59,301 bases of DNA from an uncultured Candidatus Saccharibacteria bacterium (GCA_964398775.1 CAYNND010000004.1:1-59301); one strand, 5' to 3'. Positions 26,125-36,740 are shown, counted from the first letter of the stretch. Numbers and translations are program-made. The notes: generated by a model from the letters alone, not told the origin.

Positions 26125-26565
26125 TTATCGGAGTCTTCCGCCAGGGAGGAGTACTTGGTATTCCTCGAGTTCTGCCCATTTACCTTCTATTGCAAGCGCC
26201 GCTTGATCAGGCCATGAGCTTGGGTCGTGCATTTGGAATCGCTCACCACCTTTCTGCAAGATTGCCTTGAGTGATTCTGCGGTTGCAGTTGCAAGCATGT
26301 GCCAGTTCATAATGCCGTTGTTCTTCAAAAGCTCTTCGATTTTTGGGCCGATTCCTTCCACAACTTGGAGACTTTCCTCAGTGAATTTTCGGTACTTTTC
26401 TGGACGTGGATCTTCTTGCACAATAATCACTGGGTTTTCTGAGTGGTCCCACAACCATCGGAAGAACCATCCGAGCAAGAAGGAGATGAGCAACATGATG
26501 ATGACCTCCCACGTAGCGTCGGTCAGGTCGTATGCTTGTGTGACTGGTTGTGTAAACATAATCAA
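26125..26565 (-). CDS. Membrane-anchored helix-hairpin-helix-type protein (module gene B, copy 2)
   Basis: TM (WEVIIMLLISFLLGWFF), then QVVEGIGPKIEELLKNNGIMNWHMLA...SWPDQAALAIEGKWAELEEY. Collinear with 5716-6237 but lacks the Cys cluster and AP linker. Confidence 0.6.
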   Translation of the reverse strand: MIMFTQPVTQAYDLTDATWEVIIMLLISFLLGWFFRWLWDHSENPVIIVQEDPRPEKYRKFTEESLQVVEGIGPKIEELLKNNGIMNWHMLATATAESLKAILQKGGERFQMHDPSSWPDQAALAIEGKWAELEEYQVLLPGGRLR

Positions 26566-26590
26566 AAATAAACGTAATTAAATAAATGTA

Positions 26591-27064
26591 TTACTGCTTC
26601 ACCACACTGCTACAGTAGAGCGTATTGATGACATAGAGTGTTGACTCTTGCACGCGGCCAGTTGGCTGTGAAAGTCCGTATGGTGTGAGAATTGTTGTTC
26701 GGTATTTTTGCTGAAAGCGTTTCACTGCAGCGATATCAGAAGTGCCGTAGACTCCGTCCATACTGATATCCTCTCCTTCAAACGTGTAGAGGAAGTATTC
26801 AAGTGCCTTTACAGCTGCCGGGTCATTTTGTGCACCAGGGATAACATACTGGTACATCAGTCCTGCGCACTCCTCAACTGCGGGTGTTTGAACACCTTGT
26901 CCACCTTTTGCATGACCTCCACCTTGAGAGACAACTGCTACGGGCTCAGCTTGAGCGCAGAATCCTTTAATGCCACAGGTATACCAATAGAAGGAGATTC
27001 CACCCCAGATAAAAAAGAGACCAAGGACGACGAGCGCGTACTTTCTGTGTTCAGTGAGTTCCAT
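26591..27064 (-). CDS. Membrane-anchored PG_binding_1-like protein (module gene A, copy 2)
   Basis: TM ending in YWYTCGIKGFCAQA (compare YWYMCTIKGVCSAQ at 6246-6800), then VKALEYFLYTFEGEDISMDGVYGTSDIAAVKRFQQKY. Confidence 0.6.
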   Translation of the reverse strand: MELTEHRKYALVVLGLFFIWGGISFYWYTCGIKGFCAQAEPVAVVSQGGGHAKGGQGVQTPAVEECAGLMYQYVIPGAQNDPAAVKALEYFLYTFEGEDISMDGVYGTSDIAAVKRFQQKYRTTILTPYGLSQPTGRVQESTLYVINTLYCSSVVKQ

Positions 27065-27161
27065 AGATATGCTCTATATGAGCTAAAAGCACCCTACGAT
27101 AGAAGTAGTGCCTTGTCAACAATGAGCCGCCTTAAGAGCCGTAAAATCAATACTTTGGTGA

Positions 27162-27866
27162 TCACCGCCCAGCAAAGGCAAATACATGTACTGCAGATGC
27201 ACCTGCATGCAAGAGTGACCGCTGTGCGGAGAGAAGCGTTGCTCCCGTCGTGACGACATCATCAATCAGTAAGATTCGTTTCCCAGTGATATCAGTCTCG
27301 CATACAAATGCATCAGATACATTTGAGATTCGTTCGGTACGACCGAGATTTGTTTGCGGGAGTGTATTTCGAGTACGTTTCAGGAGTGTCGGGAAGAGGA
27401 GCGCGCTTAGTGTCGGCTCTCTCTGCGCGATACGCTCGCAGGCAAAAGTGACTTGGTTAAAACCACGCTCGCGAAGTCGCTGCGCAGATAGAGGAATTGG
27501 CACGATATAGTCGATACGCTCATTCGCGCAGATATTTTGCACATGCGCTGCAAGAAGTGATGCAATACGTTCAACTGACTCAACACTCCCGTGATATTTG
27601 AGTGTATGAATGAGCGCACGAACTGACGGTTCGTTTACTGGCAGGGCATAGGTGATTGGGCTACCACCTTTGCGAACTTGCTGGATGTGTACGTATGTAG
27701 AGTCTACAGTGCGTGCAAGTTCCTCATCAGTAGTGAGTGGGGTAACAAAACGCAGTGCCTTGAACACGAGGTGCGAACAGACACGCACTCGGTGCATAAA
27801 ATACTGTATTATCACGATGCTTTTCATGATATCATAGGCATACATGGGATTGTTTGACATCATCAC
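27162..27866 (-). CDS. comFC: ComF-family phosphoribosyltransferase-like protein
   Basis: ILLIDDVVTTGATL PRPP-binding loop and ComF-like upstream region. Start uncertain: alternative Met codons at 27845, 27827 and 27797. The longest ORF overlaps divergent pilM. Confidence 0.7.
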   Translation of the reverse strand: MMMSNNPMYAYDIMKSIVIIQYFMHRVRVCSHLVFKALRFVTPLTTDEELARTVDSTYVHIQQVRKGGSPITYALPVNEPSVRALIHTLKYHGSVESVERIASLLAAHVQNICANERIDYIVPIPLSAQRLRERGFNQVTFACERIAQREPTLSALLFPTLLKRTRNTLPQTNLGRTERISNVSDAFVCETDITGKRILLIDDVVTTGATLLSAQRSLLHAGASAVHVFAFAGR

Positions 27867-29007
27867 AAAAAGCCTCGGGTCGGTACCTTCGCTCGGAGGT
27901 TCTCAAAGTGTGGTAGGTATCGACATCGGCTCATCATCTATCAAGATGGTGCAGCTGCGACGTGAACATGGGAAAGCAGTGCTTGAAACCTACGGCGCTA
28001 TTTCACTTGGTCCCTACGCAGATTTGCATGCAGGCCAAGTCGCGCGCCTCCCAGCTCAGCGTCTTGCTGATGCACTCCGTGATTTGATGCGCGAATCAAA
28101 CATCACTGCGAAGACTGCGGGTGTTGCTATACCGTTCACTTCAAGTCTCACCTCTATTATTGAGATTCCACCGATGAGTAAGGACCAGCTCCAGCGAGTC
28201 ATCCCGCTTGAAGCACGAAAATATATTCCGGTACCAATGAATGAAATTACACTTGATTGGTTTGTCATTCCGAAAGATGAATTTTCAGAGAACATGGACC
28301 CAAGCAGTGGGGAAAAGAAAAAAGATGTCATGGAAGTGCTGCTTGTTGCGATACATAACGATATCCTCAATACGTTTCAATCAGTCATGACTGATATACA
28401 GATTCAGCCGCAATTTTATGAACTGGAGGTATTTAGTGCAGCTCGTTCATCACTCGGTCACGGCGTTGCACCAGTGATGCTCGTCGATATTGGTGCATCC
28501 ACAACAAAAGTGTCTATCATTGAGCGAGGCATCGTGCGCATGTCGCATATCATAAACCAGGGTGGTCAAGAGATGACACTTTCTATTACCCGAGCCATGA
28601 ATTGGGACTTCGAAAAGGCGGAGCGAGTGAAGCGAGAACAGGGAATGCAGCTTTCAGGTGACATAGCTGGTGCACCGACTGGTCCTGGTGCATTGCCGCC
28701 TCCGTCGATTCGTACCGCATTGTTATCAACACTCGGTCGTATAATACCTGACACACATAAAGTATTATTGAACTACGGGAAGAAGTATCAGAAGAATGTA
28801 CCGCACATTATCTTTACCGGTGGTGGCGCGACTGTGAAGGAGATACTCCCGTATGCACAAGAGAGACTTGGTGCTGAAGTGTTAATCGCACATCCATTTG
28901 AAAAAGTGGAAGCGCCAGCATTTCTTATCGATGTCTTGAAAGAGGTAGGTCCTGAGTTTGCAGTGGCAGTCGGAGTTGCACTTCGACAAATCCAGAACTC
29001 AGGTTGA
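27844..29007 (+). CDS. pilM: Type IV pilus assembly protein PilM (actin-like ATPase fold)
   Basis: VVGIDIGSSSIKMVQL, VDIGASTTKVSI and IIFTGGGA motifs. Confidence 0.85.
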   Translation: MGLFDIITKSLGSVPSLGGSQSVVGIDIGSSSIKMVQLRREHGKAVLETYGAISLGPYADLHAGQVARLPAQRLADALRDLMRESNITAKTAGVAIPFTSSLTSIIEIPPMSKDQLQRVIPLEARKYIPVPMNEITLDWFVIPKDEFSENMDPSSGEKKKDVMEVLLVAIHNDILNTFQSVMTDIQIQPQFYELEVFSAARSSLGHGVAPVMLVDIGASTTKVSIIERGIVRMSHIINQGGQEMTLSITRAMNWDFEKAERVKREQGMQLSGDIAGAPTGPGALPPPSIRTALLSTLGRIIPDTHKVLLNYGKKYQKNVPHIIFTGGGATVKEILPYAQERLGAEVLIAHPFEKVEAPAFLIDVLKEVGPEFAVAVGVALRQIQNSG

Positions 29008-29020
29008 TATACGAACTTTT

Positions 29021-29839
29021 ATGGAATCACCAATCAACTCATCATTCATTCCAACGAAAATCTCACTCGGTGAGCGTCCTCGTGAAGAGTATGGCTCTGA
29101 TGCGTTTGATGTGATGGTGCTACTCGGAGTGATAGCACTTGTTGTCGCTGGTACGATGGCTGCCGGAGTCTTTCTCTACAAACAATTTCTCGCGAACGAT
29201 TTGGCGGCGAAAAAAGAACAGCTCAATAAAGCAAAAAAAGCATTTCAGCCTGACTTGGTGCGTGACCTGACTCGACTCGATGAACGCATCTCAATTGCGG
29301 AAGGAGTCTTGCAGTCTCATATTGCACCTTCAGCATTTTTTGATGTATTGAGTCAGATTACACTCAAAACGATTGAGTATAAGGGGCTCGAATACGAATT
29401 CACCGGCACTGACTCACTCCACGTCGTTATGAATGGTCGCGCTGCAAGTGTAAACGGTATTGCATATCAGGCGCGTGTCATGAGTACACATCCTGCCATT
29501 AAGAATCCAATCTTTTCAATCGGTAACATTACGAAAGATGGTGTTGAGTTTACTGTTGAGCTCGATATAAATCCTGAAGCGGTCAACTTCGCCTCACTTA
29601 TTTCAGCCGCAGCAGTAAATAACCAAGATACCGAACAAGGTTTTATTCCGAACGAAGAAGGAGCTGCGCCAGCAGATGGTGAGGAGGGGGCAATTGAGGA
29701 AGAAGCAACAGATGGCCAACCTGCTGCACAACGTGGTGTGCCACGAGGGGGGGCTGATGTAGGTACACCGACAAAGCAGCGCCCAGCATCCCAGAACAAG
29801 AAGACCGCACCTGATGAGCTATTCGGTAACTTTGAATAA
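29021..29839 (+). CDS. PilN-like bitopic pilus assembly protein with acidic low-complexity tail
   Basis: From the ATG at 29021. Single TM (VMVLLGVIALVVAGTMAAGVFLY) followed by a coiled segment. Position between pilM and pilO. Confidence 0.55.
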   Translation: MESPINSSFIPTKISLGERPREEYGSDAFDVMVLLGVIALVVAGTMAAGVFLYKQFLANDLAAKKEQLNKAKKAFQPDLVRDLTRLDERISIAEGVLQSHIAPSAFFDVLSQITLKTIEYKGLEYEFTGTDSLHVVMNGRAASVNGIAYQARVMSTHPAIKNPIFSIGNITKDGVEFTVELDINPEAVNFASLISAAAVNNQDTEQGFIPNEEGAAPADGEEGAIEEEATDGQPAAQRGVPRGGADVGTPTKQRPASQNKKTAPDELFGNFE

Positions 29840-29841
29840 TT

Positions 29842-30525
29842 ATGGCAAAACTTATACTCGCAATCATAATGTTCATCGGTGCAGGCGCGCTCATCTTTAT
29901 CTATGTGTCACCGACATATAGTGAGACTGCAAAAGTGAAGGCAGAGATTGCAACCTACCAACAAGCGCTCGAGAAGGCGACAGAGGTACAAGAATTGAAG
30001 CGCGGCCTCCTCGCTAAACTCAATGATTTCAGTGGTGCAAATGTCGAGCGTCTTGAAAAGATGCTTCCTGACCATATCGATAACATTCACCTCGTACTTG
30101 ATTTGGATGGTATGGCAACAGCCCGTGGACTCAGTTTAAGTACAGTTAATGTGCAACGCGAAGGTGGGGCAACAAAAGAAAAGAAAGACCAAGGCGTAGT
30201 GCTTGCAGGTGCCCTGCAAGAGCAAAGAAAGTACCAGTCAGTAGTGCTTGAGTTCGGAGTCGTTGCAACATATCCAGATATGCTCGCATTCATGAGAGAC
30301 ATTGAGCGCAGTTTGCGATTGGTTGACTTGGTGAAGCTCAAGATTGGAAGTGCACAAACACAACAGCAGCAGCTTGAATTTTCTCAGATTCCAGCTGAGC
30401 TTTCACGCTTCGGTGCACAGACCCGGGGACAAACAGGTACACAAGCTGGCCTGCTTCAGACAGGAAGTGGTTTTGAGCCTACATACACATTCAATGTAAA
30501 TATAAGAACGTACTGGCTCCCTTAA
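29842..30525 (+). CDS. pilO: PilO-like pilus assembly protein
   Basis: N-terminal TM, coiled coil (AEIATYQQALEKATEVQELK), then LPDHIDNIHLVLDLDGMA, typical of PilO. Confidence 0.65.
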   Translation: MAKLILAIIMFIGAGALIFIYVSPTYSETAKVKAEIATYQQALEKATEVQELKRGLLAKLNDFSGANVERLEKMLPDHIDNIHLVLDLDGMATARGLSLSTVNVQREGGATKEKKDQGVVLAGALQEQRKYQSVVLEFGVVATYPDMLAFMRDIERSLRLVDLVKLKIGSAQTQQQQLEFSQIPAELSRFGAQTRGQTGTQAGLLQTGSGFEPTYTFNVNIRTYWLP

Positions 30526-30535
30526 TCTATATTGT

Positions 30536-30943
30536 ATGGAATTACTTAAAAAAAACTTAACACTCATAGGAATCATATTCATGGTTATCTTGGGTGCAGT
30601 ATGGTACGCACTCTCAGCTGGGAGCGGCACTTCTGCAGCAGTAGAAGTAACTGAGGGTGGTGTTCTTGTTGCAACAGCGGGGGATCCAGAAGCAGAGGCA
30701 GACCCTGATGTGCTCAAGTTACTCCTCGATATGCGAGCAATTAAACTCGATGGACGTCTCTTTAAGTCACCAGCATTTCGCGCATTGCAAGACACCGGCA
30801 GACAAATCTTGAAAGAGCCACAAGGTCGTGTAAACCCATTTGCACCAGCAGGGTCTGACGCAGACGCAAGCTTTGGGGATGGAGCAGAGAATCAACAGGA
30901 TGAAGCAGGAGCATCTGGTAATATTCCTCAACTCACTGAATAA
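30536..30943 (+). CDS. Small bitopic protein of the pilus cluster
   Basis: 135 aa with one TM, in the operon between pilO and pilB. No family recognised. Confidence 0.45.
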   Translation: MELLKKNLTLIGIIFMVILGAVWYALSAGSGTSAAVEVTEGGVLVATAGDPEAEADPDVLKLLLDMRAIKLDGRLFKSPAFRALQDTGRQILKEPQGRVNPFAPAGSDADASFGDGAENQQDEAGASGNIPQLTE

Positions 30944-30945
30944 TA

Positions 30946-32772
30946 GTGAACATGGAGGATCCACTCACTATATTGATTGCACAGGGAAGCCTAACCGAAG
31001 CGCTTGCGCGGGAAATTCGTAATGAAATAGAGCGAAAAAGCATTACCGTTGAAGAGGCGCTCAAGCAGCATGGCTTCAGTGATGAGGAGATTCTTGCTGC
31101 ACAACAGGGCGGAACAATACGTGTGCCAACGAGATCTATTCGACAAGATGAAAAAGTTCCACTAGAAGTGTTGCAGTACATTCCAGAAGAATCTGCAAAG
31201 CACTACAGCGTTATTGCACTCGGACTCGAGGAGGGGATTTTGCAGGTAGGGATGATAAACCCAGATGATATTGAGGCGTTGGATGCTCTCAACTTCATTA
31301 CGCGAAAGATTGGTATTCCATACAAGATTTTCCACATCACAAAGGCTGATTTCGAGCGAGTGCTTGAAATGTATCGAGGTTTGACGGGAGATGTCGGTAC
31401 AGCACTTGACGAGCTTGCAACTGAAGTGGGTACTGACCAGGCTGATATGCAAGACGAGCTGAACAAAGTTCAGACAACTCCGAATAAACCTGATGCGACA
31501 ATCCAGGAGGATGCACCAATCATCAAGATTGTAGCGACAATACTTCGCTATGCAGTTGATGGAGGAGCATCTGATATTCATATTGAGCCTGCTGAGTCAG
31601 GGGTACGAGTGCGTTTCCGTCTCGATGGTTCACTCCATACGAGTCTCGTGTTGCCACGAAATACACATCAAGCGGTGATAGCGCGTATAAAAGTGCTCTC
31701 TGCGATGCGACTTGATGAGCGAAGAAAACCGCAAGATGGACGTTTCGGTGCTTCAATAAACAATCGCAAAATCGACTTTCGTGTTTCAACATTTCCAACA
31801 CCTGACGGAGAAAAGGTGGTGATGCGTATTCTCGATAGAAGTAAAGGGTTTGTGCCGCTCGGCGACCTCGGTCTTTCTGAAAAGAGTAAGACACTCATAA
31901 AAGCTGCGCTTGATAGGCCATATGGGCTCATACTTGTTTCTGGTCCAACTGGTTCCGGTAAATCCACAACACTCTACTCGATGCTCAATGAGCTCGATCG
32001 AGATACAGAAAACGTGATGTCACTTGAAGACCCGGTGGAATATCGTATGGAAGGAGTTAACCAGTCACAAGTACGAGCTGAGATTGGGTATAGTTTTGCA
32101 AGTGGTCTTCGCACTGCTTTGCGCCAAGACCCAGACGTGATAATGGTGGGAGAAATCCGAGATGGCGAAACTGCAAAGCTTGCGGTGCAGGCCGCACTTA
32201 CTGGTCACTTGGTGCTCTCGACAATTCACACCAACGATTCTACTGGTGTTATCCCACGTCTTATTGATATGGGTGTAGACCCATATTTGATTGCACCGAC
32301 ACTTACACTAGTTGTTGCGCAACGTCTTGTACGTAAGCTCAACCCAGGCACTGGAAAACCAATCGATGTTACCCCGAGTATGCGCGCAATGATGGAAGAG
32401 ACTATCAAGGATTTACCACCACAGTTTAGACCAACGTTTGGCAATATTGTGTACGAGCCTGAGCCAACACAAGGGTGTGCGACTGGTATGCGAGGTCGTG
32501 TTGCTGTGACAGAGATGTTTGGTATGAGTTCTGAGATTGAAAAAGCAATTCTTGCGCGAAAGGGTGATAATGAAATCTACGCACTCGCTCGCAAGCAGGG
32601 AATGCTCACCTTGCGAGAGGATGCTATACTGAAGGCGACGAGCAAGGTTATTCCATTCTCAGAAGTGGGCACGCTCGGTGGCGTACTTCTTGCCGAAGAA
32701 GTACAGCTTATACAGGATAGTGCTGATGAAGCAGAAAAGGTAGCGGCAGAACTAGCAACACACGTATCATGA
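30946..32772 (+). CDS. pilB: Type IV pilus assembly ATPase PilB/GspE family
   Basis: GSPII_E N-terminal domain, Walker A GPTGSGKST, Asp/His boxes and a tetracysteine-region equivalent. Confidence 0.9.
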   Translation: MNMEDPLTILIAQGSLTEALAREIRNEIERKSITVEEALKQHGFSDEEILAAQQGGTIRVPTRSIRQDEKVPLEVLQYIPEESAKHYSVIALGLEEGILQVGMINPDDIEALDALNFITRKIGIPYKIFHITKADFERVLEMYRGLTGDVGTALDELATEVGTDQADMQDELNKVQTTPNKPDATIQEDAPIIKIVATILRYAVDGGASDIHIEPAESGVRVRFRLDGSLHTSLVLPRNTHQAVIARIKVLSAMRLDERRKPQDGRFGASINNRKIDFRVSTFPTPDGEKVVMRILDRSKGFVPLGDLGLSEKSKTLIKAALDRPYGLILVSGPTGSGKSTTLYSMLNELDRDTENVMSLEDPVEYRMEGVNQSQVRAEIGYSFASGLRTALRQDPDVIMVGEIRDGETAKLAVQAALTGHLVLSTIHTNDSTGVIPRLIDMGVDPYLIAPTLTLVVAQRLVRKLNPGTGKPIDVTPSMRAMMEETIKDLPPQFRPTFGNIVYEPEPTQGCATGMRGRVAVTEMFGMSSEIEKAILARKGDNEIYALARKQGMLTLREDAILKATSKVIPFSEVGTLGGVLLAEEVQLIQDSADEAEKVAAELATHVS

Positions 32773-33200
32773 CAACACCTGCACAACGAACAATCCTATT
32801 TCTCGACGATGACCCGTTCATGATTGACGTGTATTCAATTAAAATACACGAACGTGGACATACTGTAATTCCTATGACAAGTGCACAAGATGCGCTCAAG
32901 AAATTACGTGAAGGCCTCAAGCCAGATGTTATAGCGTTTGATATACGCATGCCAGGGATGGACGGATTTCAATTTGTAGAAGCACTTCGAAAAGAGCACC
33001 TCGCAGATACTATCCCGCTCATCGTGCTCTCAAACCAGTCAGAACCAGAAGATTTTAAACGAATGAAAGAGTTTGGCGTCGCAGCACAATTTATAAAAGC
33101 ACATATGCTTCCTGATGAAATGGTCACTAAGTTTGAACAAGTGATTGGTACATGGATTCCTCCACAGGGCGGCGTGCAGTTTGCTCAGCCTAAGCTATAG
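32769..33200 (+). CDS. Stand-alone response-regulator receiver domain
   Basis: LFLDDDP, VIAFDIRMPGMDG, LIVLSNQ and FIKAH supply the acidic pocket, phospho-Asp, Ser/Thr and Lys positions. ATGA overlap with pilB. Confidence 0.8.
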   Translation: MTTPAQRTILFLDDDPFMIDVYSIKIHERGHTVIPMTSAQDALKKLREGLKPDVIAFDIRMPGMDGFQFVEALRKEHLADTIPLIVLSNQSEPEDFKRMKEFGVAAQFIKAHMLPDEMVTKFEQVIGTWIPPQGGVQFAQPKL

Positions 33201-33207
33201 TGGTGGT

Positions 33208-34275
33208 ATGGCGATGCAATACGATAAAGAGCTACAAAAATATCTTACGATAGTAACGCATGAAGGTGCATCCGACTTGCATCTTTCTGCTGATTCGCGC
33301 CCGACACTTCGTGTCGACGGTTCTTTGGTGCCCATGATGAACGAGCCGGTACTAAACGGTGAGGACATTATGGGTTTTGTTACCGCGCTGACCAACCCAG
33401 AACAAAAGCAGCGCTTCCTCGCGCAGCAAGAACTGGATTTCTCTTTCCAGCTTCCAGGCAGTGAGCGTTTCCGTGGTAATGCATTTTTCCAACGCAATAA
33501 TGCAGCGGTGGTGTTGCGACGTATTCCAAAAGTTATCCGTACGCTCGACGAGCTGACACTACCACCGACACTTGCAAACTTTGCTCGTAAGCGACAGGGA
33601 TTTTTCCTCGTTGTGGGGCCGGTAGGTCAGGGAAAGACTACGACGCTTGCGGCACTCATCGATCTCATCAACACAGAGCGAGCTGCGCATATTGTGACAA
33701 TCGAAGACCCAATTGAATACGTACATGACCCGAAGCAATCACTTGTTGACCAGCGTGAAGTTGGTATCGATACTCACGATTTTCCTTCCGCACTTCGTAG
33801 TGCATTCCGACAAGACATCGATGTGATGCTTGTTGGTGAAATGCGCGGTTCTGAAACGATGGGAGCAGCAGTGACTGCCGCTGAAACTGGACACTTGGTA
33901 TTTTCAACATTGCACACAAACAACGCTGCACAGACGATTGACCGTATCATCGATACGTTTCCAGCTGAACAGCAAGACCAGATTCGCTTGCAGCTTTCAG
34001 CATCGCTTGCAGGTATATTCTCGCAACGTCTCATCCCACGTGTATCAGGTGGTATGGTGCCTGCATATGAATTGCTCATCAACAACAAAGCAGTTGCAAA
34101 CCTGATTCGAGAGCGAAGAACGCATGAAATCAACACAATCATCGAAACAGGCTCAGAGGATGGAATGATTGATATGAACCGCACACTTGCTGACCTCGTC
34201 TCCCGAGGTGAAATCACTATTGAAAGTGCGTATGAGCATTCACTCAACCCGCAAATGCTTGAACGACTTCTGTAA
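33208..34275 (+). CDS. pilT: Twitching-motility/retraction ATPase PilT
   Basis: From the ATG at 33208. Has ASDLHL, Walker A GPVGQGKTT, IEDPIEY and AHLVFSTLHTN-type motifs. Confidence 0.9.
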   Translation: MAMQYDKELQKYLTIVTHEGASDLHLSADSRPTLRVDGSLVPMMNEPVLNGEDIMGFVTALTNPEQKQRFLAQQELDFSFQLPGSERFRGNAFFQRNNAAVVLRRIPKVIRTLDELTLPPTLANFARKRQGFFLVVGPVGQGKTTTLAALIDLINTERAAHIVTIEDPIEYVHDPKQSLVDQREVGIDTHDFPSALRSAFRQDIDVMLVGEMRGSETMGAAVTAAETGHLVFSTLHTNNAAQTIDRIIDTFPAEQQDQIRLQLSASLAGIFSQRLIPRVSGGMVPAYELLINNKAVANLIRERRTHEINTIIETGSEDGMIDMNRTLADLVSRGEITIESAYEHSLNPQMLERLL

Positions 34276-34284
34276 TCGAATACT

Positions 34285-35493
34285 ATGGCACTTTTTGGAT
34301 ATAAAGCAGTAGATAAAGAAGGACGAGCAGCCGACGGTACAATCGACGCTGTTTCAGTAGATGTCGCGGTCGCGAGCTTGCAGCGACGAGGCTTGATTGT
34401 GCAGTCAATCGACCCCGTAAAATCAGGAGGGAAACTCTCGATGAACCTCAGCTTCTTTGAACGCATCAAGACCAAGGATGTTGTGATGCTCTCCCGACAA
34501 ATCGCAACTCTGTTTGAAGCGCAAGTCTCCGCTCTGCGTGCGTTTCGTTTGCTTGCAACTGAGACCACAAACCCTGCACTTCAAGATCGACTAACACAAA
34601 TCGCAAACGATATCCAAGCAGGTGCACCGATGTCACGCGCACTCGCAAAGCACCCAACCGTTTTCGATAACTTCTATGTTCAGATGGTGCGCACAGGTGA
34701 GGAAACAGGAAAGCTTGATGACGTGTTCAACTTCCTTGCTGACTATCTTGATCGAAACTATGAAATAAGTTCAAAAGCAAAAAACGCACTCATCTATCCT
34801 GCGTTCGTGATTGTTGTCTTCTTCACTGTGATGATTTTGATGATGACAATGGTCATTCCAAAGATGACTGGTATCCTCGTGGAGACTGGGCAGACGCTCC
34901 CGATCTACACACGCATCATCATGGCGATGAGTAATTTCTTGGTGCACTACTTCTATCTGTTTATCGCTGGAATTGTACTCACCGTTGTCATGGTAAGTCG
35001 TGTGCTCAGTAGTGAGTCAGGTAAAGAGGCATTCTCAAAACTAAAACTGACCGTTCCGTATGTTGGTTCACTCTACCAAAAACTATTCCTCTCACGAATC
35101 TCAGACAACTTAAGTACAATGCTTACTTCAGGAATCCAGATGGTTCGAGCACTTGAAATGTCAGGGCAGGTAGTAGGAGACCCCTCATATGAGCGTGCGC
35201 TTATGACTATAACAAAAGATGTGCAGACAGGTATACATACGTCAGATGCGATGGCGAAACACAAAGAGTTCCCGAGCATCATGGTTGCGATGGTTCGTGT
35301 CGGAGAAGAGACTGGTGATATGGGTAAGATACTTGCTACGATGGCAAAGTTTTATCGACGAGAAGTGGGCACTGCGGTGGATACTCTGGTCTCGATGATT
35401 GAGCCGCTCATGATTGTGATGCTCGCACTTGGTGTCGGTATTTTGTTGACGTCAGTGTTGGTCCCTATCTACAACATCTCTTCTGGAATCTAA
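34285..35493 (+). CDS. pilC: Pilus platform protein PilC/GspF family
   Basis: 402 aa with two T2SSF repeats and three TM segments. Confidence 0.9.
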   Translation: MALFGYKAVDKEGRAADGTIDAVSVDVAVASLQRRGLIVQSIDPVKSGGKLSMNLSFFERIKTKDVVMLSRQIATLFEAQVSALRAFRLLATETTNPALQDRLTQIANDIQAGAPMSRALAKHPTVFDNFYVQMVRTGEETGKLDDVFNFLADYLDRNYEISSKAKNALIYPAFVIVVFFTVMILMMTMVIPKMTGILVETGQTLPIYTRIIMAMSNFLVHYFYLFIAGIVLTVVMVSRVLSSESGKEAFSKLKLTVPYVGSLYQKLFLSRISDNLSTMLTSGIQMVRALEMSGQVVGDPSYERALMTITKDVQTGIHTSDAMAKHKEFPSIMVAMVRVGEETGDMGKILATMAKFYRREVGTAVDTLVSMIEPLMIVMLALGVGILLTSVLVPIYNISSGI

Positions 35494-35559
35494 GCCTACC
35501 TTCGTTCTGTCCACACGCTCAAAGTAGGGTATTTGTTTGAAACGGGCTATCATAGGTAC

Positions 35560-36042
35560 ATGCGTCGCACTACACACAATTCACAGCAAGCATTTACTCT
35601 TATTGAACTCCTTGTCGTAATTGCAATTATCGGCATCCTTTCTTCTGTCGTGCTTGCCTCAGTGAATACTGCCCGTAAGCGCGCACGAGACACGCGTCGA
35701 CAGGAAGATATGAAATCAATCCAGTCTGCGCTTGAGTTGTACTATAGCGGAGCAGGGAGCGAGAAGTACATTATCCAGACAACAACGACCACTGTAGCCG
35801 CGAATGCAACATCGGCGCTCGCTTCTTTGGTGAGTAATGGCCTGATTGCGAGTGTCCCGGTTGATCCAAGGGGTTCTGCGACACCGTACTACTATGTCAC
35901 AAACTCTACTGGTAGTTCGTATTGTATCGCAGCTGAAATGGAAGGTTCTGGAACAAATGACGGATGCATCAGTTCGCTCAACACCGCGATGGATACTATT
36001 ACTGGTGCCTCCACCACGAACGACTATCGGGTCGGGCCATAA
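35560..36042 (+). CDS. Type IV pilin (candidate major pilin 1)
   Basis: From the ATG at 35560. Leader ...NSQQA then FTLIELLVVIAIIGILSSVVLAS (class III signal, with Ala rather than Gly at -1). Has its own terminator. Confidence 0.85.
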   Translation: MRRTTHNSQQAFTLIELLVVIAIIGILSSVVLASVNTARKRARDTRRQEDMKSIQSALELYYSGAGSEKYIIQTTTTTVAANATSALASLVSNGLIASVPVDPRGSATPYYYVTNSTGSSYCIAAEMEGSGTNDGCISSLNTAMDTITGASTTNDYRVGP

Positions 36043-36057
36043 AACGCCTTCAGAAGA

Positions 36058-36083
36058 TTGCACCACAGCGGTGCAATTTTTTT
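36058..36083 (+). terminator. Intrinsic terminator after pilin 1
   Basis: ttgcacc-acagc-ggtgcaa followed by ttttttt. Confidence 0.8.
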
Positions 36084-36222
36084 AATTCAACTGCTATCGG
36101 TAGAAAGTCATATCTTGTCCACAGGGAGATATAACAGAAAGCACTATCTGCGTTACAATCTATGCACAGGACTCCGGAGATGGTCCTATTAATAATTATC
36201 ATTTTAATTGTCTATCATACGT

Positions 36223-36714
36223 ATGACAAAGCAAAAAGGTTTTACACTGATTGAGCTTCTCGTGGTCATTGCGATCATCGGAATCCTCTCATCAGTTGTA
36301 CTTGCATCAATGAACACTGCTCGTAAGAAGAGTCGTGACGCGCGCCGCCAGCAGGATCTTAAGTCTATGCAGGTTGCTCTTGAGCTCATGTTCGATGCAA
36401 ACAACACATACCCAGTTACTGTATCAGGAACTGAAGTTGTTGTTTCATCAACTCAGATTACAGCAGCGTACATGACAACGATTCCAAAGGATCCGTCATC
36501 ACCAGCTTCACCAGCAGCTACTGACAGACAGTACTGGTACGCAGGTACAGCAACTACATATTGTCTTGGTACAGTACTCGAGGGTACACCAGGTGCAATT
36601 GACGGTTGTTCAGGTACTCCATCAACAGACGTCACAGACGGTCTTGATGGAATCACTGGCTACAGTGCGTCAACAACTGTTGGTACAGGAAACGTCTTGA
36701 AGGTTGCTCCGTAA
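36223..36714 (+). CDS. Type IV pilin (candidate major pilin 2)
   Basis: MTKQKG then FTLIELLVVIAIIGILSSVVLAS. The first ~55 mature residues are nearly identical to pilin 1; the C-terminal part is unrelated. A TTG at 36208 is an alternative start. Confidence 0.85.
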   Translation: MTKQKGFTLIELLVVIAIIGILSSVVLASMNTARKKSRDARRQQDLKSMQVALELMFDANNTYPVTVSGTEVVVSSTQITAAYMTTIPKDPSSPASPAATDRQYWYAGTATTYCLGTVLEGTPGAIDGCSGTPSTDVTDGLDGITGYSASTTVGTGNVLKVAP

Positions 36715-36740
36715 TCTTCTGTCCTACACATATGTGTTAC

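Noticed and set aside
33774-34568. 264-aa antisense ORF. Similar long antisense ORFs occur at 10180-10707, 17139-17636, 37138-37617, 50152-50580, 54959-55417 and 56227-56676.
   Set aside because: Each lies fully opposite a strongly supported gene (pilT/pilC, MFS, amt, pilD, gatA, NRAMP, GH130). Their composition is Ser/Arg/Ala-rich and antisense-like, with no motifs.
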